The notes beneath the pieces were generated by a model. It made no database searches. It was not told the origin of the DNA and saw nothing but the letters and a program-made list of their open reading frames with translations. A stretch of 62,795 nt of DNA, the filler included, from Octopus bimaculoides (Eukaryota), in NCBI RefSeq assembly GCF_001194135.2. It is 3 parts of 3 records of this genome, joined end to end, with 100 filler letters (N's around TTAATTAATTAA, not from the genome) between each part and the next. Parts side by side here need not be neighbours in the genome. Positions count along the whole stretch, not along the records: positions 39,942 to 62,795 come from NC_068987.1; 2 more parts are not named here. The stretch is one strand, 5' to 3'. Both the position numbers and the translations under genes were made by a program. Within the stretch, counting starts at the first letter, position 1, and every line of letters starts with the position of its first letter. Shown here piece by piece: positions 50,113-61,833 of this stretch.

Positions 50113-50730
50113 GTAACACAGTATCAACGAAAATTATATGGATTGTGCTGAGTGAAAAGGTTTGCAATATTTTGGTTATGTAGTTGCTTCATTTGTCAAG
50201 TGACAACAATAATAATCTAGTATTCAAAGTAGAGGCCATCATATTTTAACGTCTGAATTCCCTTTCCTGTCAGTTCTATGATCTCAGGCCGTTACCAGTT
50301 TTTGTCCTTCGAGAATAAGAACCCCTTCACTGAATTTTCCCCTCCGATCGGATGATGAAGCGTTCCGTGCACAGGGTGAGAGTAAAAAAAAGAACGAGGA
50401 AGTTAGTTCCGGAATATATTTTGGATGTAGCATTAGTTCGATTGCTTCAACTTTCTGGAGATTCTTGCGGATTGTTGAAACAGCATAGATCTTGATTAGT
50501 CTTGCTGCAGTAGAGCCTGCTATCTGTAAAGCAAAGCCGGATATTTCTGCCGCACAATGGCACACATCCATTCCGGCTGTTCGAAGTACAGTTTGGTATT
50601 GATTAGTCGACCGTCAGGACGAAACTCATAGTGAATTATCATTTCACTATTCCACCAAACGTAGACCATTAATTTGTTTTCGAAACGCCCATGTTTGGCG
50701 ACAGATGCTGGCCCTTGCTTAACCACAAAT
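50113..50730 (-). mobile_element. Second mariner family relic (catalytic and C-terminal half)
   Basis: KLMVYVWWNSEMIIHYEFRPDGRLINTKLYFEQPEWMCAIVRQKYPALL..LLQQD..EAIELMLHPKYIPEL..YDGLYFEY*, matching MLCVWW..GVIHFEL..LLQQDNARPH..HPAYSPDLAP with damaged motifs. Confidence 0.85.
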
Positions 50731-50825
50731 TATGCACGCTAGGCTTGCAGAAGCATATCTCCTTCGGATAACTACTTGTTCCGACCCACGGTTCACTCCC
50801 TGTATATACACATTACATTACATAT

Positions 50826-50860
<35 letters not shown>

Positions 50861-51190
50861 NNNNNNNNNNNNNNNNNNNNNNNNNNNNNNNNNNNNNNNN
50901 NNNNNNNNNNNNNNNNNNNNNNNNNNNNNNNNNNNNNNNNNNNNNNNNNNNNNNNNNNNNNNNNNNNNNNNNNNNNNNNNNNNNNNNNNNNNNNNNNNNN
51001 NNNNNNNNNNNNNNNNNNNNNNNNNNNNNNNNNNNNNNNNNNNNNNNNNNNNNNNNNNNNNNNNNNNNNNNNNNNNNNNNNNNNNNNNNNNNNNNNNNNN
51101 NNNNNNNNNNNNNNNNNNNNNNNNNNNNNNNNNNNNNNNNNNNNNNNNNNNNNNNNNNNNNNNNNNNNNNNNNNNNNNNNNNNNNNNNNN

Positions 51191-51245
<55 letters not shown>

Positions 51246-51470
51246 TGGATATGAATATATTTCTATATGTCTGTACATTTATAGACATGTGTGTGCGTGT
51301 GTCTGTGTATGTTTGTGACGTGTGTGTGGATATGTGCATAATGGAATATATTACCTTTATAGTACGCATGCAATCGATTATATATTCATCTATTTATCAA
51401 ATAAATCAACTGGGCATGTATGTATGTATGTGTGTGTGTGTGTGTATGTATGTATATGTGTGTGTGTGTG

Positions 51471-51521
<51 letters not shown>

Positions 51522-51860
51522 GTTCATATTTATGAATATATATATCAAAATGTATACCCAGGTGTCGCTCCCTGCTGCTGTTTATTAACCGTGCAGTTGT
51601 ATATTCCCGTGCGGAGAATTATCTCTAAACGTTGTTACGATGCTATTAACGCCCACCTCAACTGGTTTCTGCTAAGTCATCCGTTAATGAACTACGTCTT
51701 AAATTTGTCAATTCTTGCAGTATGGAATATAGCTTGTCATATGATTATTTTATGAACATATCACCCCCAGCAGGATTAGATAGGGTGTATGTCTGGAGGC
51801 ACACATCTATCTTTACGTATTCATCTGAAAGTTTTTATGTATTTCTATGTGGGTATATAT

Positions 51861-52250
51861 TCTCTTTTACTTGTTTCAGTCATTTGACTGTGGCCATGCT
51901 GGAGCACCGCCTTTAGTCGAGCAAATCGACTCCAGAACTTATTCTTTGTAAGCCTAGTACTTATTCTATCGGCTTGTTTTTTGCCGAACCGCTAAGTTAC
52001 GGGGACGTAAACACTCCACCATCGGTTGTCAAGCGATGTTGGAGGGACAAACACAGACACAAACATATACACGCACATACATATATATACATATATACGA
52101 CGGGTTTCTTTCAATTTCCGTCTACCAAATCCACTAACAAGGCTTTGGTCGGCCCGAGACTATAGTAGAAGACACTTACCCAAAGTGCTATGCAGTGGGA
52201 ATGAACCCGAAACCATGTGGTTGGTAAGCAATCTACACACACCCAATCTT
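51861..52250 (-). mobile_element. Full-length SINE family B
   Basis: Colinear reverse complement of 20985-21365. Confidence 0.9.
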
Positions 52251-52284
52251 GCATACACACATACACACACACACACACATATTA

Positions 52285-52315
<31 letters not shown>

Positions 52316-54451
52316 NNNNNNNNNNNNNNNNNNNNNNNNNNNNNNNNNNNNNNNNNNNNNNNNNNNNNNNNNNNNNNNNNNNNNNNNNNNNNNNNNNNNN
52401 NNNNNNNNNNNNNNNNNNNNNNNNNNNNNNNNNNNNNNNNNNNNNNNNNNNNNNNNNNNNNNNNNNNNNNNNNNNNNNNNNNNNNNNNNNNNNNNNNNNN
52501 NNNNNNNNNNNNNNNNNNNNNNNNNNNNNNNNNNNNNNNNNNNNNNNNNNNNNNNNNNNNNNNNNNNNNNNNNNNNNNNNNNNNNNNNNNNNNNNNNNNN
52601 NNNNNNNNNNNNNNNNNNNNNNNNNNNNNNNNNNNNNNNNNNNNNNNNNNNNNNNNNNNNNNNNNNNNNNNNNNNNNNNNNNNNNNNNNNNNNNNNNNNN
52701 NNNNNNNNNNNNNNNNNNNNNNNNNNNNNNNNNNNNNNNNNNNNNNNNNNNNNNNNNNNNNNNNNNNNNNNNNNNNNNNNNNNNNNNNNNNNNNNNNNNN
52801 NNNNNNNNNNNNNNNNNNNNNNNNNNNNNNNNNNNNNNNNNNNNNNNNNNNNGCGTGCGTGTGTGTTTGTGTGTATGTGTATGTTGTGTATATGTGCGTT
52901 GCTGAGTACGTGTGTGTGCGTGCCTTTGCTATTGTATGTGCGTGTGTTGTTTATGCCCATGTGTGTGTGATTGTATGCGTGTCTGTGTGAGTGTGTAGTG
53001 TTGGTGAGAAGTGTGTGTGCGTGTGTGTATGTATGTGGGTGTGTGAGTATGTGTGTGCATGTGCGTGTGTGGGGGGATTGTGAGTGTTAGGTACAGGTGT
53101 GTGTGTGTTTATGTGTGTCTGTATGTGTGTTTCCGTGGGCGCGTTTGTGTATATTTTTTGTGCGTGCGGTATGTGTATATTGTGTATGTTTTCGTGCGTG
53201 CGTGTGTGTTATGTATGTGAGTGAGTATTGTGTATGTGAGGTGTGTGCGTGTGTGCATGTGTGTATATGGGTATGTGTGTTGTGTATGTGTGTGTGTGTG
53301 TGTGGTTTTGTGTATGTGAGAGGTGTGTATGTGTGTGTTTATGTGTGTGCGTGCGTATGTGTGCCAGGTATGTGTTATTTTGTGTGTGCACTCCTGTGTA
53401 TGTGTGTGCATGTGTATGCGGCTGTGTATGTAGGCGTGCGCGTATATATGGGTGTGTGTGTATATATGTGCGTTCGTCTATATGTGTGTGTGAGGGCGCG
53501 CATGTATGNNNNNNNNNNNNNNNNNNNNNNNNNNNNNNNNNNNNNNNNNNNNNNNNNNNNNNNNNNNNNNNNNNNNNNNNNNNNNNNNNNNNNNNNNNNN
53601 NNNNNNNNNNNNNNNNNNNNNNNNNNNNNNNNNNNNNNNNNNNNNNNNNNNNNNNNNNNNNNNNNNNNNNNNNNNNNNNNNNNNNNNNNNNNNNNNNNNN
53701 NNNNNNNNNNNNNNNNNNNNNNNNNNNNNNNNNNNNNNNNNNNNNNNNNNNNNNNNNNNNNNNNNNNNNNNNNNNNNNNNNNNNNNNNNNNNNNNNNNNN
53801 NNNNNNNNNNNNNNNNNNNNNNNNNNNNNNNNNNNNNNNNNNNNNNNNNNNNNNNNNNNNNNNNNNNNNNNNNNNNNNNNNNNNNNNNNNNNNNNNNNNN
53901 NNNNNNNNNNNNNNNNNNNNNNNNNNNNNNNNNNNNNNNNNNNNNNNNNNNNNNNNNNNNNNNNNNNNNNNNNNNNNNNNNNNNNNNNNNNNNNNNNNNN
54001 NNNNNNNNNNNNNNNNNNNNNNNNNNNNNNNNNNNNNNNNNNNNNNNNNNNNNNNNNNNNNNNNNNNNNNNNNNNNNNNNNNNNNNNNNNNNNNNNNNNN
54101 NNNNNNNNNNNNNNNNNNNNNNNNNNNNNNNNNNNNNNNNNNNNNNNNNNNNNNNNNNNNNNNNNNNNNNNNNNNNNNNNNNNNNNNNNNNNNNNNNNNN
54201 NNNNNNNNNNNNNNNNNNNNNNNNNNNNNNNNNNNNNNNNNNNNNNNNNNNNNNNNNNNNNNNNNNNNNNNNNNNNNNNNNNNNNNNNNNNNNNNNNNNN
54301 NNNNNNNNNNNNNNNNNNNNNNNNNNNNNNNNNNNNNNNNNNNNNNNNNNNNNNNNNNNNNNNNNNNNNNNNNNNNNNNNNNNNNNNNNNNNNNNNNNNN
54401 NNNNNNNNNNNNNNNNNNNNNNNNNNNNNNNNNNNNNNNNNNNNNNNNNNN

Positions 54452-54649
54452 AGCCGAACGTCCCTTAGGTGTTCGGTGAAACGGTCGGCCCGTCTGGCCC
54501 ACGTAGAGTTGGTTGCATAGGGTGCATTTGATGCAGTAAATTAGGTTGGAGGAGGTGCAGGTGAAACTGTGTGGAATGTGAAGAGTTTGTAGGTTTGATC
54601 CGGTGACAGAGGTAGTGTTGGTGATGAAGGGGCAAGTGTGACAGCGGGA

Positions 54650-54652
<3 letters not shown>
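54452..54652 (-). mobile_element. Neptune-type PLE zinc-finger plus GIY-YIG N-terminal fragment
   Basis: RSRCHTCPFITNTTSVTG..HSFTCTSSNLIYCIKCTLCNQLYVGQTGR(fs)RFTEHLRD, with the RCxTC finger and FxCxSxNxIYxIxCxxC..YVGQT pattern. It starts at a (TA)n tract and ends in an N gap. Confidence 0.85.
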
Positions 54653-54685
<33 letters not shown>

Positions 54686-55475
54686 CAGGTGAATATGTAT
54701 ACACACGCACACAAATAAAAACATGCCTGTTATTTTTTATCTTTTAGTTGTGTGAGTCATTGCACAGCAGCAGCCATACTGGAGCACCACCTGGATTTTT
54801 TGGAGCTGTTTTGCGTTGCTTTGAACCTGGTTTGTATCAGTGTGGCCAATTTTGCTGCTCCTGTGTTGGTGAGTTGGCAGAAATTTTGTAAGTTCATTTA
54901 AGTATATCTAGTTGTTGTCTTATCTCAACCTGAGATATATACATATAATAATGTGTGCGTGATTGTATATCCATGGGTGAATGTCCTTCACTTTATTCGA
55001 TGTAATATTTTGTTTATTGCTTATGTGCAGTGTATAATGTTCAAGCATTAAATTTCAGAATATTCAACATTTTCCCTCATTTAGTACTTCTCGCCTGTGT
55101 ATATCAGTCATGATATACATGTTAAATGTATTTATTTCGTAGTAGGACTTTTCGTAACAAGACATTTCTATATCAGGAAGCCAAATATCAGTAAAAAATT
55201 ATCAGAATACCAGTATCAGTAAAATTTATCTGAAAACCAAAGAAAAATGGCGATTAATTAATTTATGAAACATGTAAAATTACATTCTGTTTCGTATTAT
55301 ATAAATATCAAAGAGTGGGGTCGTGTTTAGACCTGTCAGAATATTTTATTATTATCAGAATATCATCATATCTGAAAACAAATGGGAGAAAACCCTGTTC
55401 AAATAATCTTGTATTCAAATTTATCTTATTTCTTGTTTTGTTGTTATTTTTTGTAGACTATCATACACTTACCGT

Positions 55476-55860
55476 GGAGGCGCAATGGCCCAGTGGTTAG
55501 GGCAGCGGACTCGCGGTCATGGGATCGCGGTTTCGATTCCCAGACCGGGCGTTGTGAGTGTTTATTGAGCGAAAACACCTAAAGCTCCACGAGGCTCCGG
55601 CAGGGGATGGTGGCGAACCCTGCTGTACTCTTTCACCACAACTTTCTATCACTCTTACTTCCTGTTTCTGTTGTACCTGTAATTCAAAGGGTCAGCCTTG
55701 TCACACCGTGTCATGCTGAATATCCCCAAGAACTACGTTAAGGGCACACGTATCGGTGGAGTGCTCAGCCACTTGCACGTTAATTTCACGAGCAGGCTGT
55801 TCCATTGATCGGATCAACTGGAAACCTCGATGTCGTAAGCGACGGAGTACCAACAACCTG
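55476..55860 (+). mobile_element. Full-length SINE family C (tRNA-Arg-like head) with perfect 12-bp TSD
   Basis: Head ggaggcgcaatggcccagtggttagggcagcggactcgcggtcatgggatcgcggtttcgattccc; tail ends caacaac. TSD tacacttaccgt at 55464-55475 and 55861-55872. Confidence 0.9.
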
Positions 55861-56119
55861 TACACTTACCGTACACCAAAACGTACACGTAGCGCACAAA
55901 CACATCGTAACGTATGAGTAGAATATAAATGGCTCTAAAATTTAAACTATTACTCATCTTCGTGCTGTTTGTGACCCCCGCCTGCCTATATTTGTACACG
56001 AAGCAGTAACACTTGCTCTATCGGTTTCTTTTGCGGGATTGCAAGGCTACGGGGAGATTAACACGCCAAAACCACTTGACAACCACTGTTGAGGGACAAA
56101 CAGAAATATTAGCAAGCAA

Positions 56120-56350
56120 TGCGGTGAGCTGCCAAAAACCTTAGCACGCCGGGCGAAATGCTTAGCAGTATTTCGTCTACCGTTAAGTTCTGAGTTCAAA
56201 TTCCGCCGGGGTCGACTTTGCCTTTCATCCTTTTAGGGTCGATAAATTAAGTACCAGTTACGCACTGGGGTCGATGCAATCGACTTAATCTCTTTGTCTG
56301 TCCTTTTTTGTCCCCTCTATGTTTAGCCCCTTGTGGGCAATAAAGAAATA
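56120..56350 (+). mobile_element. SINE family A (tail type 1) with 14-bp TSD (1 mismatch)
   Basis: agaaatattagcaa 56102-56115 / agaaatactagcaa 56351-56364. Confidence 0.9.
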
Positions 56351-56420
56351 AGAAATACTAGCAAACGCACGCATTTGTGAATGCATACACACGCACACAA
56401 AGCACACATATATATAATTA

Positions 56421-56652
56421 AGGCGGTGAGCTGGCAGAATGGTTAGCACGCCGGGCGAAATGCTTAGCGGTGTTTCGTCTGCCGCTACGTTCTGAGTTCA
56501 AATTCCGCCGAGGTCGACTTTGCGTTTCATCCTTTCGGGGTCGATTAAATAAGTACCAATTACACACTGGGGTCGATATAATCGACTTAATCCGTTAGTC
56601 CTTCTTCGTTTGTCCCCTCTGTGTGTAGCCCCTTGTGGGTAGTAAAGAAATA
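56421..56652 (+). mobile_element. SINE family A (tail type 1), young-looking copy
   Basis: Flanks acacatatatataatta (56404-56420) and acacatatataatta (56653-56667) look like a TSD with one TA slip. Confidence 0.9.
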
Positions 56653-56721
56653 ACACATATATAATTAGAGATATATGCATATTCATATGTATATATATAT
56701 ATATGTATGCATGTATTTGTG

Positions 56722-56803
<82 letters not shown>

Positions 56804-58311
56804 TGTGTAATTGTGTATATACACATATATATAGATACATACATACACACCTTCAGATACATATATACAAGCATGTGCGTTTGTTTTTTCATGTTGCGTG
56901 TGTTCGATCGTCGTGCGTACCTGATTCCTTGTTTTCGAGATGCATCTGCTTCTAGAGTTGTTATCACATATCACCGAAAGTGCGCCCAATTAACGCAAAT
57001 TGGCCTAATTAAAAGTAAAAATTGATCCTTTGTATTCTCTCTTGAAATTAATATGAATACGTTTCATGAATTATCAAATATATTATATTTCCAAACAGAA
57101 GACATTTCATACAAGAGAACTTTATTAATATTCGTAATAATTATTCTCTGACAGTGTCAATTTATTGCTGTGATATTCCACTAATTACCACATTCTTCTT
57201 ATTAATTACCTCTAATAATCTCATACGATATGACGTTAAATGCTGCGTGCTTCAGTGTATATATGTATAAGTTTATATGTGTTTGTGAATTTGTTTCGTT
57301 GAATGTTTATTTTGACAATGCTTTGCTTAGAATTTTCTTTCTCTCCAGTAAAGATAATCGTTTCTCGAGCAGATGCAATGTTCCTTTGGATGTCTGATGA
57401 AAAATACTTGTCTGCAGAGATATGAACGTTTTCAATTATGCTAAACGAAACTACAGTTTGACTTTTACTGGATGTTATGTATGAATTCATATACATACTT
57501 ACGTGTGTAAGCATATATGCCTGTGTATACATATGTGACTGGGCATATATACATACACACACACGCACACATGAACACGCATACAAACAAACACATAAAC
57601 ACACGCAGGCAAACATATGTATACATACATATATAAGTATGCATATATATTTATAAACATGTATGCATATACTTACAGATATATACCAGTAGTGTAACAC
57701 GAACATAAAATAGTGTTTTCTGTACCACATGAAGTCAATACACCGTGAAGGTGCTGTTCTAATTTACTGGCGAATTCACCATGAGATAGCGTACTGTAAT
57801 TAAAAACGCAAAATATATCGTACATATACGCATATCGTCTTAGCAGCGACCAGAAAGTACGCTAGATGCATTTCATTACTATTCAGCTTCGTCAGCAGTA
57901 TGTAATCACAGCCAATCGCATGCTAAGAAGAACGCTATTGTTACTGATGAACGCAGACATAAAGAATTGAGAAGAATAAGAAAGAGAGAAAGAGAGAGAA
58001 AGGCAGTGGATTGCTTTGTTTCAACCCAAGAATAGGTGTCCGGACGGTTTATTTTTACACGTGTAGCATAATTTTTTTTCCATTTTCGGTAACTTGGACA
58101 GATTCTTGTGGAATCTGCAGCTGGTAGTATGATATGGAATTGAATGCTTAAACCTATCGCGAAAATTTCCATTGCGGTATTTATATTTTATATTCTATGT
58201 GATGAACAAGAGATTTGATAATTCCCTAAAACATTCACCACTGACATATTCCATTTCGTTACTCACATACGGACACGAACACATATGTATGTATGCATAC
58301 ATATACGCATG

Positions 58312-58346
<35 letters not shown>

Positions 58347-58444
58347 GTATATGTATGTATGCATCTTTGTATGTATGCATCTTTGTATGTATGCATCTTT
58401 GTATGTATGTATGTATGTATATATGTAACCATAATTGGTTTTCT

Positions 58445-58708
58445 GTAGGTTACCACGACTAGTGCTCCTGTTAATCCGATGAACGGAACAGGCTCCTCGG
58501 GAAATTAACGTTCAAGTGACAGCAATCTATAGACACGTGTATTCTAAACGTAGTCTTCGGAGAGAATCAGCGTGACAAGACTGATTCATTGAACTACAGC
58601 TATTACTCATTTTTACCAGTTGAGTGAACGGCAGCAATTTGAAATAAACAGCACGCCGTCGGGTATCGAACTCACGCTGTCACAGTCGTGAGTCGAATGC
58701 CCAACCAA
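58445..58708 (-). mobile_element. SINE family D: different tRNA head and body, 3' tail shared with family C
   Basis: Reverse complement: tggttgggcattcgactcacgac..gagttcgatacccg..gttcactcaactggtaaaaatgagta, then tcagtcttgtcac..actacgtt..cacttgaacgttaatttcccgag..ctgttccgttcatcggat, matching 55690-55815. Confidence 0.75.
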
Positions 58709-58737
58709 TACACACATACACACCCACATATGTTTGC

Positions 58738-58788
<51 letters not shown>

Positions 58789-58920
58789 AACATATATACA
58801 TACATATATATATACTTACACACACACACACACATATGTAAGATCTATGGATCGAGGTATAGGAAGAAAGTGAGCTTCAAGCTATTCATAGGAAATATTA
58901 TAGACGTTCTCGATCTAATT

Positions 58921-59000
58921 TGGAATCTTTGCCATCAATTTCGAATTCTTTGCCATCAAATTTGATTGCAAAGAATTCAAATTTGAGGACAAAGAATCCA
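58921..59000. repeat. 80-bp imperfect palindrome built from a ~22-nt unit
   Basis: tggaatctttgccatcaatttc-gaattctttgccatcaaa | tttgattgcaaagaattc-aaatttgaggacaaagaatcca, with the dyad between 58960 and 58961. Confidence 0.85.
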
Positions 59001-59310
59001 CACTAGATCGAAAACATATATAAAAAAACAAATTTCAACTTATTCAGACGAAATGTCGGTTTTTTCCGTACCGAAGTATGAAGGGCTGGAAAAAATTATT
59101 TTATATTTCACGGTACACAGTTGTTAGGTATGCGAATAAAAATCCAAGAGTAAAGGAATGGACTTGATGAAATCCGAGTTATATATATTTCATAGCAAGC
59201 GGAACTTACGAAGGATTTGCTTAGAATGCGTAGACAACACAGTTTGGATGGAAAATGTTAACATGGGCCTCCTAATGACAATGTAAACCTCATTAAATCA
59301 AGTTTCTCTT

Positions 59311-59394
59311 GATCTGAAGAGTAGCGTGCGGTACACACTTCGCTTGGATATTTACTATTTCTTTGATTGCGCTCACTATGAAACATACGTAGCC
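59311..59394 (+). ncRNA. Partly decayed type I hammerhead-like motif with long stem II
   Basis: CTGAAGA 59314-20; stem II GTAGCGTGCG/CGCTCACTAT with 8 of 10 pairs; GAAA 59380-83; stem III ACATACGT (near-palindrome); GTA triplet (A59391). Stem I is weak (GAT/GCC). Confidence 0.55.
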
Positions 59395-59458
59395 CGGATT
59401 TATGTATACAAATGTTTGTGTGTTTGTAAGTGTACGTATAGAAATATATGTATATATT

Positions 59459-59500
<42 letters not shown>

Positions 59501-59784
59501 NNNNNNNNNNNNNNNNNNNNNNNNNNNNNNNNNNNNNNNNNNNNNNNNNNNNNNNNNNNNNNNNNNNNNNNNNNNNNNNNNNNNNNNNNNNNNNNNNNNN
59601 NNNNNNNNNNNNNNNNNNNNNNNNNNNNNNNNNNNNNNNNNNNNNNNNNNNNNNNNNNNNNNNNNNNNNNNNNNNNNNNNNNNNNNNNNNNNNNNNNNNN
59701 NNNNNNNNNNNNNNNNNNNNNNNNNNNNNNNNNNNNNNNNNNNNNNNNNNNNNNNNNNNNNNNNNNNNNNNNNNNNNNNNNNNN

Positions 59785-60970
59785 ATTATGGAATTTACAG
59801 GTAGGATTGAGCCACTGTTTTGGAATTCATCTTTGAAGGATATCCCCATCCCATCTAGAAAGGAATATATTTTGAAACTTAAATGGAAAGCTTATTTTAA
59901 TAATAATCATAATATTACTAATGTTCATGATGTAGATAATTTAAATTACATTAATTCTAAATTTAAATCTAGAAAAGAACCACCGTATAATAGGGATTTA
60001 CAGAATTTAGAGGATAATATTTGGAAAGTAGTGAAAAATATTAAATTTCATAAATATCCAAATAGACATAATGATTATTTAAGATATTTAGCCATTAAAA
60101 TTAAACAATTTAGAAATATGGATGGTATTATTGTACAATCTGATAAAACTAGGAACCTATATAAACTAGATGTAAAACAATATGATTATTTATTAGAGAA
60201 AGAAATTAATAAAAGATATAATATAGTTCCAGATAATACATTATATTCGATTAATAAGGCCTCTAAATTAATAATGTTTAAATATGAACTTGATAGTAAG
60301 ACAGAACCTTATGTACCGATGCACCCTAGAATTACTTTAAAAGACCATAAAGATAATTTTTATTCTGACCCTAAAGTTAGGCTTATTTGTCCTTGTAAGT
60401 CAGATCTAGGTAAATTAAGTAAAATACTTTTAGATAAATATATTAATAAATTAAATGGAATTAATTATCTTAAATTATGGAATAGCACAGTAGATACTTT
60501 AAATTGGTTTAATAATATTAATGATAAAAATAGGTATAAATTTATTCAAATTGATATTGATAATTATTATTTTCCCATAAATGAAATTGTACTAAATAAG
60601 GCCCTAATTTTTGCTATGAAGAAAGTAGGTATGACTTCCGATGAAGTAAATGTAATTAAAATGGCTAGGAAATCATTGATTAAATATGATAATAAATTGT
60701 GGGCTAGAAAAGATACTAGAGATTATTTCGATATACCAATGGGAGCGCCTGATTCAGCACAGGTAACTGATTTAGTAGGTATATATTTATTATCTGAACT
60801 TGAACTTGAAAACTTAAAATTGGAGGGTGGTTTATATAGGGATAACCTTTTATTACTTACTAAAAATTGCACTAATAGAAAACTAGAATTATATAAGAAG
60901 AGATTATATAGTTTTTTTTAAAGAAATGGTTTAAAGATTACTATTTATAATGAGTATTTTAAAGTTAATT
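59785..60970 (+). mobile_element. Nematis-like PLE reverse transcriptase region (pseudogenised, interrupted by gaps)
   Basis: IPIPS..WKAYF..SRKEPP..NIKF..IIVQSDKTRNLY..ITLKDHKDNF..RLICPCKSDLGKLSK..FIQIDIDNYY..FDIPMGAPDSAQVTDLVG..GGLYRDNLL. Catalytic YRDD reads YRDN. In-frame TAA at 60919-21, after which the frame continues RNGLKITIYNEYFKVN. Confidence 0.93.
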
Positions 60971-61833
60971 NNNNNNNNNNNNNNNNNNNNNNNNNNNNNN
61001 NNNNNNNNNNNNNNNNNNNNNNNNNNNNNNNNNNNNNNNNNNNNNNNNNNNNNNNNNNNNNNNNNNNNNNNNNNNNNNNNNNNNNNNNNNNNNNNNNNNN
61101 NNNNNNNNNNNNNNNNNNNNNNNNNNNNNNNNNNNNNNNNNNNNNNNNNNNNNNNNNNNNNNNNNNNNNNNNNNNNNNNNNNNNNNNNNNNNNNNNNNNN
61201 NNNNNNNNNNNNNNNNNNNNNNNNNNNNNNNNNNNNNNNNNNNNNNNNNNNNNNNNNNNNNNNNNNNNNNNNNNNNNNNNNNNNNNNNNNNNNNNNNNNN
61301 NNNNNNNNNNNNNNNNNNNNNNNNNNNNNNNNNNNNNNNNNNNNNNNNNNNNNNNNNNNNNNNNNNNNNNNNNNNNNNNNNNNNNNNNNNNNNNNNNNNN
61401 NNNNNNNNNNNNNNNNNNNNNNNNNNNNNNNNNNNNNNNNNNNNNNNNNNNNNNNNNNNNNNNNNNNNNNNNNNNNNNNNNNNNNNNNNNNNNNNNNNNN
61501 NNNNNNNNNNNNNNNNNNNNNNNNNNNNNNNNNNNNNNNNNNNNNNNNNNNNNNNNNNNNNNNNNNNNNNNNNNNNNNNNNNNNNNNNNNNNNNNNNNNN
61601 NNNNNNNNNNNNNNNNNNNNNNNNNNNNNNNNNNNNNNNNNNNNNNNNNNNNNNNNNNNNNNNNNNNNNNNNNNNNNNNNNNNNNNNNNNNNNNNNNNNN
61701 NNNNNNNNNNNNNNNNNNNNNNNNNNNNNNNNNNNNNNNNNNNNNNNNNNNNNNNNNNNNNNNNNNNNNNNNNNNNNNNNNNNNNNNNNNNNNNNNNNNN
61801 NNNNNNNNNNNNNNNNNNNNNNNNNNNNNNNNN

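Noticed and set aside
51700-51790. Possible exon after ttcttgcAG (MEYSLSYDYFMNISPPAGLDR)
   Set aside because: The donor is weak and no homology is recognised.
55476-55550. Possible tRNA-Arg gene
   Set aside because: No closable acceptor stem, it continues into a SINE body, and the whole unit is flanked by a 12-bp TSD; it is a SINE head.
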